Source: Dehalococcoidia bacterium (GTDB taxonomy: Bacteria > Chloroflexota > Dehalococcoidia > UBA2979). Taken from it: a stretch of DNA of 64,000 nt. This document shows positions 1-8,089 of the stretch, piece by piece. The notes beneath the pieces are model-generated. The model saw only the letters and a list, made by a program, of their open reading frames with translations, had not been told where the DNA came from and did not search any database. The stretch is taken from positions 131,675-195,674 of the forward strand of contig CAXXDN010000001.1 of assembly GCA_963667465.2 (NCBI GenBank), in the 5' to 3' direction. Positions within the stretch are counted from its first letter, which is position 1. Each line of letters opens with the position of its first letter. The position numbers were made by a program, and so were the translations under genes.

Positions 1-950
1 TGGTGATCAGCAACTTCTCCAACCGGGTGCTGCCCAACCTCGGCTACACCGCGGGGCGTTTGCACGAGATCAACCCGCAGCTGATCAGCGTCACGATGCC
101 GGGCTACGGCCCGGACGGACCATGGGGCGATTTCGTCGGCTTCGGCAGCACCTTCGAGCAGGCCGTCGTCGGAGCGATGAACGGCTACCCCGATGACGAC
201 CAGCCGCGCCTGATCGGCGGCGCCTGCGACCCGATCGTCGGCATGAACGCCGTCGTCGCCGTGTTGCTGGCGTTGCGCCACCGCGAGCAGTCCGGCCTCG
301 GAACCACGGTCGAGGTGCCGCAGTGCGAGGCTCTGGACGCGCTGCTCGGGCCGGAGCACGTCGCCGTGCAGCACGGCGCGCCCGACCCCGGCCTGTGCGG
401 CAACAAGCACGACCGCATGGCCCCGCACGAGGTCTACGCGACCGCCGGCGAGGACGACTGGATCAGCATCGCCGTCGACGGCGATGAGGAGTTCGCCGCC
501 CTCGCGAGCGCCCTCGGGCAGGCCGGGTGGGCGGACGACGAGCGCTTCGCGAGCGCCGCGGCGCGCAAGGCCAACGAGGGCGAGCTCGACGAGCTCGTCG
601 CGAACGCCGTGCGCGAGCGCGATGCGGTCGAGCTGGAAGCGGCGCTGCAGGCGGTGGGGGTGGCAGGCTGCCGCGTGACGCCGCCGCACCAGTTGACGGA
701 GGACGTGGGCCTGCGGCACTTCGGCTTCTTCCAGGAGCTGACGCGCGAAGTCACCGGCACGCACCTCTACAAGACCTTCCCCTTCCGCTTCAGCGCCTTC
801 CCCGTCGCCCACCGCCGCGTGGCGCCGCTGCTCGGCGAGCACAACCGCGAGCTGCTGTCCGAACTGCTCGGCCTCGGCGACGACGCGCTCGACGCCCTCG
901 AGGCGACGGGCGAGATCGGCACGCTGCCGTCCTGGTCGCCGACGCCGTAG
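1..950 (+). CDS. CoA transferase, family III (CaiB/BaiF-like), 5' end cut by window edge
   Basis: The reading frame is open from the window edge (frame of nt 3). The translation (MPGYGPDGPWGDFVGFGSTFEQA...GNKHDRMAPHEVY) looks like the core and C-terminal half of family III CoA-transferases. The GTG at nt 3 is not the true start. Confidence 0.85.
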   Translation, partial: VISNFSNRVLPNLGYTAGRLHEINPQLISVTMPGYGPDGPWGDFVGFGSTFEQAVVGAMNGYPDDDQPRLIGGACDPIVGMNAVVAVLLALRHREQSGLGTTVEVPQCEALDALLGPEHVAVQHGAPDPGLCGNKHDRMAPHEVYATAGEDDWISIAVDGDEEFAALASALGQAGWADDERFASAAARKANEGELDELVANAVRERDAVELEAALQAVGVAGCRVTPPHQLTEDVGLRHFGFFQELTREVTGTHLYKTFPFRFSAFPVAHRRVAPLLGEHNRELLSELLGLGDDALDALEATGEIGTLPSWSPTP

Positions 951-977
951 CGGCGAGCGCCGGGGTATCCTCGGGCC

Positions 978-1598
978 ATGGTGACGACGACCGACCTGGT
1001 GAATCCCGGGCTGAAGGAGTGGGCGGTCGTCGTGCGCGCGCTGCGCGACGGGCGGCAGATCATCGATCTGCGCAAGGGCGGCATCCGCGAGGAAGGCCAC
1101 CGCTTCCGCGTGCGCGCCTCGCGCTTCTGGCTCTACGAGAGCTACGAGCACCAGCGTCCGGAGCTGATCCGCCCCTCGGAGCGCCCGCTCATCGAGGCCG
1201 TCGCGGCCTCGGCGCCGCCAACGGGCGAGTTGCGCGTCGACGCCTGGGCGGAGATCGAGGAGGCGGCGGCGCTGAGCGAGCCGGAACAGGTAGCGGCGCT
1301 GGACGGACAGCACATCTGGACCTCGGACTACGCCGAGCAGCGCTTCCGCTGGCGCCCGAAGGCGCCGCTGATCGTGCTCGTGCTGCGCGTCCACCGCCTC
1401 GCCGAGCCGCTCACCGTGCCGGTACGCGAGCACTACGCCGGCTGCACCTCGTGGACCCCGATGTCCGACCTCCCGCCCGACCCGCGCGAAGCCGCCTCAA
1501 CCCCGGTGCTCGACGCCGCCACGTTCGCGGAGCGCCGCGCCTCTCTGCACGCCGCGCTGCCCGGCATCTCCTTCGGGCCGCCCCGGATCGAGGCATAG
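978..1598 (+). CDS. DUF1802 family protein
   Basis: 206-aa ORF. The N-terminal LKEWAVVVRALRDGRQIIDLRKGGIRE...RFWLYESYEHQ matches my memory of the DUF1802 family. Codon usage fits the genome. Confidence 0.65.
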   Translation: MVTTTDLVNPGLKEWAVVVRALRDGRQIIDLRKGGIREEGHRFRVRASRFWLYESYEHQRPELIRPSERPLIEAVAASAPPTGELRVDAWAEIEEAAALSEPEQVAALDGQHIWTSDYAEQRFRWRPKAPLIVLVLRVHRLAEPLTVPVREHYAGCTSWTPMSDLPPDPREAASTPVLDAATFAERRASLHAALPGISFGPPRIEA

Positions 1599-1600
1599 CA

Positions 1601-1760
1601 GATCGAGGGGTAGCGCCGGGGAGCGCCCTCAGAAGCCTCTTGCGCCCTCGGCAGTTCCGCTGCCTTCAGGGTGTGCGCGCCGTTCCCCTCACCCCCACCC
1701 TCTCTCCCGCCAGGGGAGAGGGGGCCGGATCGGCCACGACAGTCGCGTGCGCCTGATCGT
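1601..1760. repeat. REP-like palindromic intergenic repeat, copy 1 (long form)
   Basis: Starts with GATCGAGG..GTAGCGCCGGGG. The core at 1679-1753 is GCCGTTCCCCTCACCCCCACCCTCTCTCCCGCCAGGGGAGAGGGGGCCGGATCGGCCACGACAGTCGCGTGCGCC and contains the hairpin CTCTCCC-GCCA-GGGGAGAG. A near-identical copy lies 240 bp downstream. Confidence 0.8.
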
Positions 1761-1841
1761 GCGGATGGGTGGGCGGGAGCGGCGCGCCAGCACACGCTCG
1801 TCCGCCGCTCGCCGTGCACGAGCCCACGGGGCGCAACCACC

Positions 1842-1941
1842 GATCGAGGCGGGCGTAGCGCCGGGGCGCCTCCTCACCCCCCCCTCTCCCGCCGGGGGGA
1901 GAGGGGGCCGGATTCGCCTCGACAGTCGCGTGCGCCGATCG
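1842..1941. repeat. REP-like palindromic intergenic repeat, copy 2
   Basis: GATCGAGGCGGGCGTAGCGCCGGGGCGCCTCCTCACCCCCCCCTCTCCCGCCGGGGGGAGAGGGGGCCGGATTCGCCTCGACAGTCGCGTGCGCCGATCGG. It aligns with copy 1 except for a ~55-nt internal segment present only in copy 1. Confidence 0.8.
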
Positions 1942-1962
1942 GAAGCGGGTGGCGGCGGGGTG

Positions 1963-2712
1963 CTAGCCGCCGGTCCAGACGGGGTCGCGCTTCTCGGCGA
2001 AGGCCTTCGGGCCCTCCTTCGAGTCCTCCGAGGCGTGCACGACCTTGCTCACCCAGGCGCCGAGGCGCAGCGCCTCGTCGACCTTCGCCAGCCGCCACTC
2101 CTGGATCTGCGCCTTCGTGCCCTCCACGGAGAGCGGGGCGTTCTCGATGATTAGCTCGGCGATCTCGATCGCGCGAGGCATCAGCGCCTCCGGCTCCAGC
2201 ACCTCGGTCACGATGCCCCACTTCAGCGCCTGCTCCGGCTCGATCCGGTCCGCGGTGAGCAGGATGTAGTTGGCGGCCGAGAGCCCGATCACCCTCGCGA
2301 GGTGCTTCGTGGCGTAGCCCGCCATGATCCCGCGCTTCGGCTCGAACAGGCCGAAGTAGGACTCCGTCGAGCAGATCCGGATGTCGCAATCGAGCGCGGT
2401 CTCCATCCCGCCGCCCACGGCGAGCCCGTTGATCGCCGCGATGAACGGCTTCGGGTTCCCCGAGTAGGGATAGGTCGCCTCGAATTGCCCCTTGAAGGTG
2501 CCCTCGGCCATCTCCCGGAGGTCGCCTCCGGCGCAGAAGGCGCGCCCGGAGCCGGTCACGATGCCCACGCGCATCTTCGGGTCTTCGGTGAAGTCCTCGA
2601 CCGCTTCGGTCAGCTGGTTGATCAGCTCGCCGCCGAGGGCGTTGAGCCGCTCGGGGCGGTTGTAGGTGAAGATCGCGTAGTCGTCGCGCTTGTCGTAGAT
2701 CAGGTCCGGCAT
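1963..2712 (-). CDS. enoyl-CoA hydratase/isomerase (crotonase) family protein
   Basis: 249 aa starting at MPDLIYDKRDDYAIFTYNRPERLNALG. Contains the crotonase motifs GSGRAFCAGGDL and GLAVGGGMETALDCDIR. The ATG at 2712 was verified. The upstream part of the 668-aa ORF-track entry is spurious. Confidence 0.9.
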   Translation of the reverse strand: MPDLIYDKRDDYAIFTYNRPERLNALGGELINQLTEAVEDFTEDPKMRVGIVTGSGRAFCAGGDLREMAEGTFKGQFEATYPYSGNPKPFIAAINGLAVGGGMETALDCDIRICSTESYFGLFEPKRGIMAGYATKHLARVIGLSAANYILLTADRIEPEQALKWGIVTEVLEPEALMPRAIEIAELIIENAPLSVEGTKAQIQEWRLAKVDEALRLGAWVSKVVHASEDSKEGPKAFAEKRDPVWTGG

Positions 2713-2806
2713 CGCCGCAGCTCCTCGCTCGCGCGCGCAGGGTACCCTGTCGGGGCGGCCAGCGGGCAAGCGCCCGGCACAGGCCGCACGCGGGGCGGGC
2801 GAGCAG

Positions 2807-3381
2807 ATGGCTAACTCGGCGAGCGTAGCGGAGCACCTCGACCTCGAGAGCCTCGAGGCCGGACTCGACGAGATTCGCCGCTCTCCGGCGGACGGCGGCG
2901 CGCTGTTGATGATCGTGCGGCGGCCCGGCATCGACGGACGCGAGGTCGTCGAGGCTGGCAGCCTCGACGTCGCGGCCGGCCTCACCGGGGACAGCTGGCA
3001 GGACCGCCCTAGTAGCAGCAGCGCCGACGGCGGACCGCATCCCCTCGCGCAGGTGACGATCATCAACTCGCGCATGCTCGACCTCGTGGCGCGGTCGCGG
3101 GAGCGCTGGCCGCTCGCGGGCGACCAGCTCGTCGTCGACCTCGATCTGAGCGCGGAGAACCTCCCGCCCGGGACGCGGCTCTCGATCGGGTCCGCGGTGA
3201 TCGAGGTGACGGAGAAGCCGCACACCGGCTGCCTCAAGTTCGCATCGCGCTTCGGCCACGATGCGCTGCGCTTCGTCAGCACCCCGCTGGCCATGGCGCT
3301 GCGCCTCCGAGGCGTGAACACCCGTGTCGTGCAGTCGGGCACGATCCGCGCCGGAGACACGGTCGCCAGGATCGCGGCGCC

Positions 3382-3385
<4 letters not shown>
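2807..3385 (+). CDS. MOSC domain-containing protein
   Basis: 192 aa. The C-terminal segment GTRLSIGSAVIEVTEKPHTGCLKF...GVNTRVVQSGTIRAGD is typical of the MOSC beta-barrel with its conserved Cys. Confidence 0.75.
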
Positions 3386-3855
<470 letters not shown>

Positions 3856-3915
3856 GCGGCGCGACCCCCTCCAATACGGTGGACATATTGATGCGTGTCT
3901 GAGATGCTTTGATGC

Positions 3916-4155
3916 ATGCGAACGACGGTGCGCCTTGACGATGTATTGCTGCGGGAGGCAAAGGAGCACGCTGCCCGCAGCGGATGCACGCTCACCGCAC
4001 TCATTGAGGACGCGTTGCGGCGCGCGCTCGCCGAGGCGAAGCGCCGCCCCGAACGTCCACCCCCGAACCTTCCTACGTTCCGTGGTGACGGGCTTCAGCC
4101 CGGTGTCGATCTCGACGACTCCGCCGCTCTGCTCGACCTGTTGGAGGGCCGGTGA
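3916..4155 (+). CDS. vapB: type II antitoxin, VapB-like
   Basis: 79 aa beginning MRTTVRLDDVLLREAKEHAARSG.TLTALIEDALR. It overlaps the downstream PIN gene by 4 nt (GTGA). Local GC is lower than the surroundings. Confidence 0.8.
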   Translation: MRTTVRLDDVLLREAKEHAARSGCTLTALIEDALRRALAEAKRRPERPPPNLPTFRGDGLQPGVDLDDSAALLDLLEGR

Positions 4156-4583
4156 TTCTCGTCGACGTGAATGTCCTCATCTACGCGCACCGCGAGGACG
4201 CCGACCGGCATGACGAGTACGCGAACTGGCTCCGGGAACAGGCAACGGCCGAGACCGCCTTCGGGATAAGCGACCTGATCCTGAGTGGCTTCGTTAGAGT
4301 CGTGACGCATCCGCGGATCTTCAAGACTCCCAGCCCGCTCCCCGCTGCGCTCACCTTCGCGAACTCGCTCCGCGCGCTTCCGAACGCCTTGCCGGTCTCA
4401 CCGGGTGAGCGCCACTGGGGCATCTTCACGGGACTCTGCGAGGCGGCCGGCGCCCGGGGGAACCTCGTTCCCGACGCGTACCTGGCGGCCCTCGCAATCG
4501 AGTCCGGCGCCGAGTGGATTACCACGGACCGCGACTTCAGCCGCTTCCCGGGCCTGCGCTGGCGCGGCCCCCTCGCCGGCTAG
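4152..4583 (+). CDS. vapC: type II toxin, PIN-domain VapC family
   Basis: 143 aa beginning MILVDVNVLIYAH, ending ...ITTDRDFSRFPGLRW. The conserved PIN acidic residues are present. Confidence 0.85.
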   Translation: MILVDVNVLIYAHREDADRHDEYANWLREQATAETAFGISDLILSGFVRVVTHPRIFKTPSPLPAALTFANSLRALPNALPVSPGERHWGIFTGLCEAAGARGNLVPDAYLAALAIESGAEWITTDRDFSRFPGLRWRGPLAG

Positions 4584-5094
4584 AGCCCGGAGCACCCTCG
4601 CCCTGCACCGCCAACCCCGCCACCACCTCCGCGTTGGCCAGCCGCAGCAGCGCCGCGGGCGCGACGGAGAGCTTCGTCGAGCGGCCGCCGCCGCCCACGA
4701 TCACCGCGTCGAGGTCCATGACCCGCTCGTCGATGTAGAGCGGGAGGCCGGCGGGCAGGCCGAACGGGGTGACGCCGCCGATCAGCATTCCGGTCAGCTC
4801 GCGCGTCTGCTCGGGCGATGCGAACGAGGCCTTGCGTACGCCCAACAGCGGGCGCACCGCGTGGTTGACGTCGAGCCGCGTGGTCGCCAGCACCACGCAG
4901 GCGCAGTAGCGCAGCTCGCCGCGCCTGGAGACGACGATGATCGTGTTGCCGGAGGTCTCCGGCGGGTAGCCGTAGTGCTCGCAGAACGCTGCCGTGTCCG
5001 CCAGCTCCGGATCCACCTCGATCAGCTCGTAGGGCTCGCCGAGGGCCTCGAGCGCCGCGAGGGCGCGCGCCGCCGGGTCGTCGTTCGATGTCAT
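4537..5094 (-). CDS. YbaK/EbsC-type aminoacyl-tRNA deacylase domain protein
   Basis: GNTIIVVSRRG...MLIGGVTPFGLP...YIDERV...VIVGGG is YbaK-like. The ATG at 5094 is preceded by GAGGGGAG. The 3' tail overlaps vapC by 47 nt in convergent orientation. Confidence 0.75.
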   Translation of the reverse strand: MTSNDDPAARALAALEALGEPYELIEVDPELADTAAFCEHYGYPPETSGNTIIVVSRRGELRYCACVVLATTRLDVNHAVRPLLGVRKASFASPEQTRELTGMLIGGVTPFGLPAGLPLYIDERVMDLDAVIVGGGGRSTKLSVAPAALLRLANAEVVAGLAVQGEGAPGSSRRGGRASAGPGSG

Positions 5095-5187
5095 CGCTCG
5101 CTCCCCTCGCTCCACCGTCGTGCCCCGGCGCGTTGCGCAGTAGAGCGCATGTGCTACTCTTCTCGCCCAAACTCACCAGGAGGAATC

Positions 5188-5634
5188 ATGCCAGACGTTC
5201 AGCCCATCCCGGACGGTTACACCGCGATCACGCCCTACCTCGTCGCCGAGGACGCGTCGGGCCTGATCGACTTCCTGACGAACGCCTTCGGCGCCGTCGA
5301 GCGCATGCGCATGCCCATGCCCGACGGCTCCGTCGCCCACGCCGAGGTCGAGATCGGCGGCGCAGCGGTGATGCTCGGCTCCGCGATGCCCCCCGAGTTC
5401 CCGCCCACCCAGGCGCAGATCCACCTCTATGTCGAGGATGTCGACGCTGTCTACGCCCAGGCCGTGAGCGCGGGCGCCACCGCCGTGGCCGAGCCTGAGG
5501 ACCACTTCTACGGCGAGCGCATCGGTCGCGTCCTCGATCCCGGCGGCAACGCCTGGTCGATCGCCACGCATGTCGAGAACGTCACGCCCGAGCAGATGGC
5601 GGAGCGCATGGCTCAGCTGATGGGCGAAGGCTAG
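5188..5634 (+). CDS. VOC (glyoxalase/bleomycin-resistance, PhnB-like) family protein
   Basis: 148 aa. The ATG at 5188 follows AGGAGG. ITPYLVAEDASGLIDFL...HAEVEIGGAAVMLG...FYGERIGRVLDPGGNAWSIATH is typical of the VOC fold. Confidence 0.8.
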   Translation: MPDVQPIPDGYTAITPYLVAEDASGLIDFLTNAFGAVERMRMPMPDGSVAHAEVEIGGAAVMLGSAMPPEFPPTQAQIHLYVEDVDAVYAQAVSAGATAVAEPEDHFYGERIGRVLDPGGNAWSIATHVENVTPEQMAERMAQLMGEG

Positions 5635-6497
5635 TCGCCGGCCGGCGGCGCCGCCTCCATGAACTCGCGCAGCGCGTTGATGTGATCGTCCGGCGTGGCG
5701 AGCCCTGCGTCCATGGTGAGCACATGGACGCCGTCCGCGCCCGCTGCCTCCAGGCGATCGGCGTACGCCACTCGCTCGTCGGGGCTGCCGTGATGAGAGA
5801 TGGATCCGCAGATCCCAACCTCTGCAGGGTCGCGACCCGCCCGCTCCGCCGCCTCGCGGATCGCCTCGACGCTGCCAGCGAAGCCAGCGATGTCGCCGCG
5901 CCCGGCGACCCAGCCGTCGCCGATGCGCCCGATGCGGTCGAGCACGACCGGCGCGGTACCGCCCATCCAGATCGGGATCAGGCGACCGGGCCGCGGGTTG
6001 ATGCCCGCGGCCGGGATGTGGTCGAAGTCGCCCTCGAACTCCACGAGCGGCTCCGACCAGAGCCGCCGCAGCAGCCCGACCTGCTCCTCGAGGCGCCGCC
6101 CGCGCGTGTGGAAGTCCTCGCCCAGCGACTCGTACTCGAGGTAGTTCCAGCCGCTGCCGACGCCGAGGACCAACCGCCCGCCGCTCAGGATGTCCACCAC
6201 CGCCGTCTGCTTGGCGACCAGCGCTGTCTGGCGTTGCGGCAGGATCACCACGCCACTCACCAGCTCGATCCGCTCGGTCAGGCCAGCGAGGTAGGCGAAG
6301 AGCGCCAGCGGCTCGTGGAAGCTGCTCTCGTACGTGTAGGGCCAGCGGCCCTCGCGACCCTCGGGGTCGGCGCCGAGCACGTGGTCGTAGGCGAGCAGGT
6401 AGTCGTAGCCGAGGCTTTCGACCGCCTGCGCGTAGTCGCGGATCGCGATCGGGTCGGTTCCGATCTCGGTCTGGGGGAAGACTGCTCCGTAGCGCAT
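5631..6497 (-). CDS. LLM-class (luciferase-like) F420-dependent oxidoreductase
   Basis: 288 aa. MRYGAVFPQTEIGTDP...VVILPQRQTALVAKQ...GGRLVLGVGSGWN is typical of the LLM F420 subfamily. An AAGGAG RBS precedes the start. Confidence 0.85.
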   Translation of the reverse strand: MRYGAVFPQTEIGTDPIAIRDYAQAVESLGYDYLLAYDHVLGADPEGREGRWPYTYESSFHEPLALFAYLAGLTERIELVSGVVILPQRQTALVAKQTAVVDILSGGRLVLGVGSGWNYLEYESLGEDFHTRGRRLEEQVGLLRRLWSEPLVEFEGDFDHIPAAGINPRPGRLIPIWMGGTAPVVLDRIGRIGDGWVAGRGDIAGFAGSVEAIREAAERAGRDPAEVGICGSISHHGSPDERVAYADRLEAAGADGVHVLTMDAGLATPDDHINALREFMEAAPPAGD

Positions 6498-6537
6498 TGC
6501 CGCTCCTTATGCTCCTCGTTCCGGGTTTGTCCGGCGC

Positions 6538-6687
6538 TCAGCCGGTGTAGTCCTTGTGCGGGAAGGTCTCGTCGTGGGTCTGCTCGCAGCCCTCACAGAC
6601 GGGATGCGCGCAGCGCAGGCAGGCGCGTGAGGTGGTCGTCCCGCAGTGGCGGCAACCCGCGCTGATCGGCCCGCTGCGGTACGGCAT
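6538..6687 (-). CDS. hypothetical Cys-rich (zinc-ribbon-like) mini-protein, 49 aa
   Basis: Translation is MPYRSGPISAGCRHCGTTTSRACLRCAHPVCEGCEQTHDETFPHKDYTG, with CxxC...CxxC...CxxC spacing. It lies 40 nt upstream of the LLM gene on the same strand. I see no clear SD. Confidence 0.35.
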   Translation of the reverse strand: MPYRSGPISAGCRHCGTTTSRACLRCAHPVCEGCEQTHDETFPHKDYTG

Positions 6688-6780
6688 GGGCGCACGATAG
6701 CAGCCCGTTCGGGCGCGGGCCCCGGCGGCGGGGTTGCTCACGACGCCGCGAGCGGCAAAGATTCCGTCTGGAGGTCGCCG

Positions 6781-7017
6781 ATGGTCATCCACGCCAGCCG
6801 GGTGGACTACCGCAACGCCTTTGCCGGGCTTGTGTTCCCCGCCTCGAAGGACGAGATCGTGCGCCGCTCGCGCATGGTGGGCGGGATCGACCGCGAGGTC
6901 TTCGCGATCCTCGACGCGATCGCGCCGCGCCGCTATGCCGACAAGGACGACCTCGACGCCGCGATCCGCGAGGTCTACCTCGCGCGCGGCGAGGACTCCG
7001 GGGAACTTCCCGTCTGA
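6781..7017 (+). CDS. DUF2795 domain protein
   Basis: 78 aa. FAGLVFPASKDEIVRRSRMVGGIDREVFAILDAIAPRRYADKDDL matches the DUF2795 signature (FPA.K.eli...a...ga...v...l..lp.~~Y). Confidence 0.7.
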   Translation: MVIHASRVDYRNAFAGLVFPASKDEIVRRSRMVGGIDREVFAILDAIAPRRYADKDDLDAAIREVYLARGEDSGELPV

Positions 7018-7048
7018 TCGCCGGGCCCGGTTCCGCCCTGGCGCCTGC

Positions 7049-7891
7049 CTACTGCTGCGAGTAGCCCGAGCCGGGCGCGTCGACGCCCGTGCCGTGGCCT
7101 TCCTCGATCCAGCCGAACTCCTGCAGGATCTGCTGGCTGTAGCAGACCCGCCCGGTCACGCGCTCGACCGGCTCGGTCGCCAGCAACAGCGTCGCCTCCG
7201 CCATCGTCGAGGCCGGCTCGCTCGGCAGGTCCGGTGGGGGCTTGTTGAAGAGCAGCGCGCCTTCCGTGAACACCGCCTGCGAGGGCGAGAGCGCGCTCAC
7301 GGCGATCTTGTCGCCCCACAGCTCCGCCGCGAGACCCTGCGTGAAGCGCTCCAGCGCCGCCTTCGTCGACCCGTAGAGGACGCCCATGCCGTCCCAGCCG
7401 GTCGACTCGTAGGGCCCGCGGCCGGGGCCGATCGCGACGCCCGAGGAGATGTTCACGATCGCGCCGCCGCCCCGCGCCTGCATGTCCGGGATTGTCTCCC
7501 GCGCCAGGATGAACGGCGCGTGGATGTTGACCGCGTAGCCGATCAGCCAGCGCTTCGAGGGGAACTCGGAGACCGGGTGCGCGAAGTTCGTGACGGCGTT
7601 GTTGACGAGGATGTCGACCGGCCCGTAGGCCGCCCGCGTTTCCTCGACGAGGCTCAGGCAGTCGTCCTCCTCGCCGATGTTGGCGACGACCATCCGGGCC
7701 TCGCCGCCGGCGGCACGGATGCCCTCGAGGGTGGTCGTCAGCGCGCCCGGCGCGCGGCTGTCACCCTCGTTCACGGTGCGCGCGACGCAGGCAACGTTCG
7801 CGCCCTCGGCGGCGAACAGCTCGGCGATCGCCTTTCCGATGCCCCGGCTCGCACCGGTCACGATCGCGGTCTTCCCGTCCAGCTTGCCCAT
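7049..7891 (-). CDS. SDR family oxidoreductase
   Basis: Starts MGKLDGKTAIVTGASRGIGKAIA (TGxxxGxG) and contains YGSTKAALE (YxxxK). The ATG at 7891 follows a GGAGGAG RBS. Confidence 0.9.
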   Translation of the reverse strand: MGKLDGKTAIVTGASRGIGKAIAELFAAEGANVACVARTVNEGDSRAPGALTTTLEGIRAAGGEARMVVANIGEEDDCLSLVEETRAAYGPVDILVNNAVTNFAHPVSEFPSKRWLIGYAVNIHAPFILARETIPDMQARGGGAIVNISSGVAIGPGRGPYESTGWDGMGVLYGSTKAALERFTQGLAAELWGDKIAVSALSPSQAVFTEGALLFNKPPPDLPSEPASTMAEATLLLATEPVERVTGRVCYSQQILQEFGWIEEGHGTGVDAPGSGYSQQ

Positions 7892-7987
7892 CGCACTCCT
7901 CCTCGCCCGTTCGCGCACTCCGGAGCGTCACGATGCAGCACCGGCGCTCCGTCGGCAACGCCTCCGGCCCCGGCGGGACTCGCCCCT

Positions 7988-8039
7988 CCGGTCCGCTCTC
8001 CCCGAGGGAGCGGGTGAGGAGGGGGTGCGGGTGAACGCC
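7988..8039. repeat. REP-like palindromic repeat, copy 3 (inverted orientation)
   Basis: CCGGTCCGCTCTCCCCGAGGGAGCGGGTGAGGAGGGGGTGCGGGTGAACGCC. Its reverse complement aligns with the cores at 1679-1753 and 1869-1936. Confidence 0.7.
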
Positions 8040-8089
8040 CGCCGCGCAGCGCCCGCCCGTCCGGGATGGGGGAATGCGGCTGCGGCGCG

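Noticed and set aside
1601-1941. Possible CRISPR array, because of repeated palindromic units.
   Set aside because: There are only two units here, about 100 bp long and 240 bp apart. The units are imperfect and the spacing is not regular. Other copies are dispersed and inverted. No cas genes are present.
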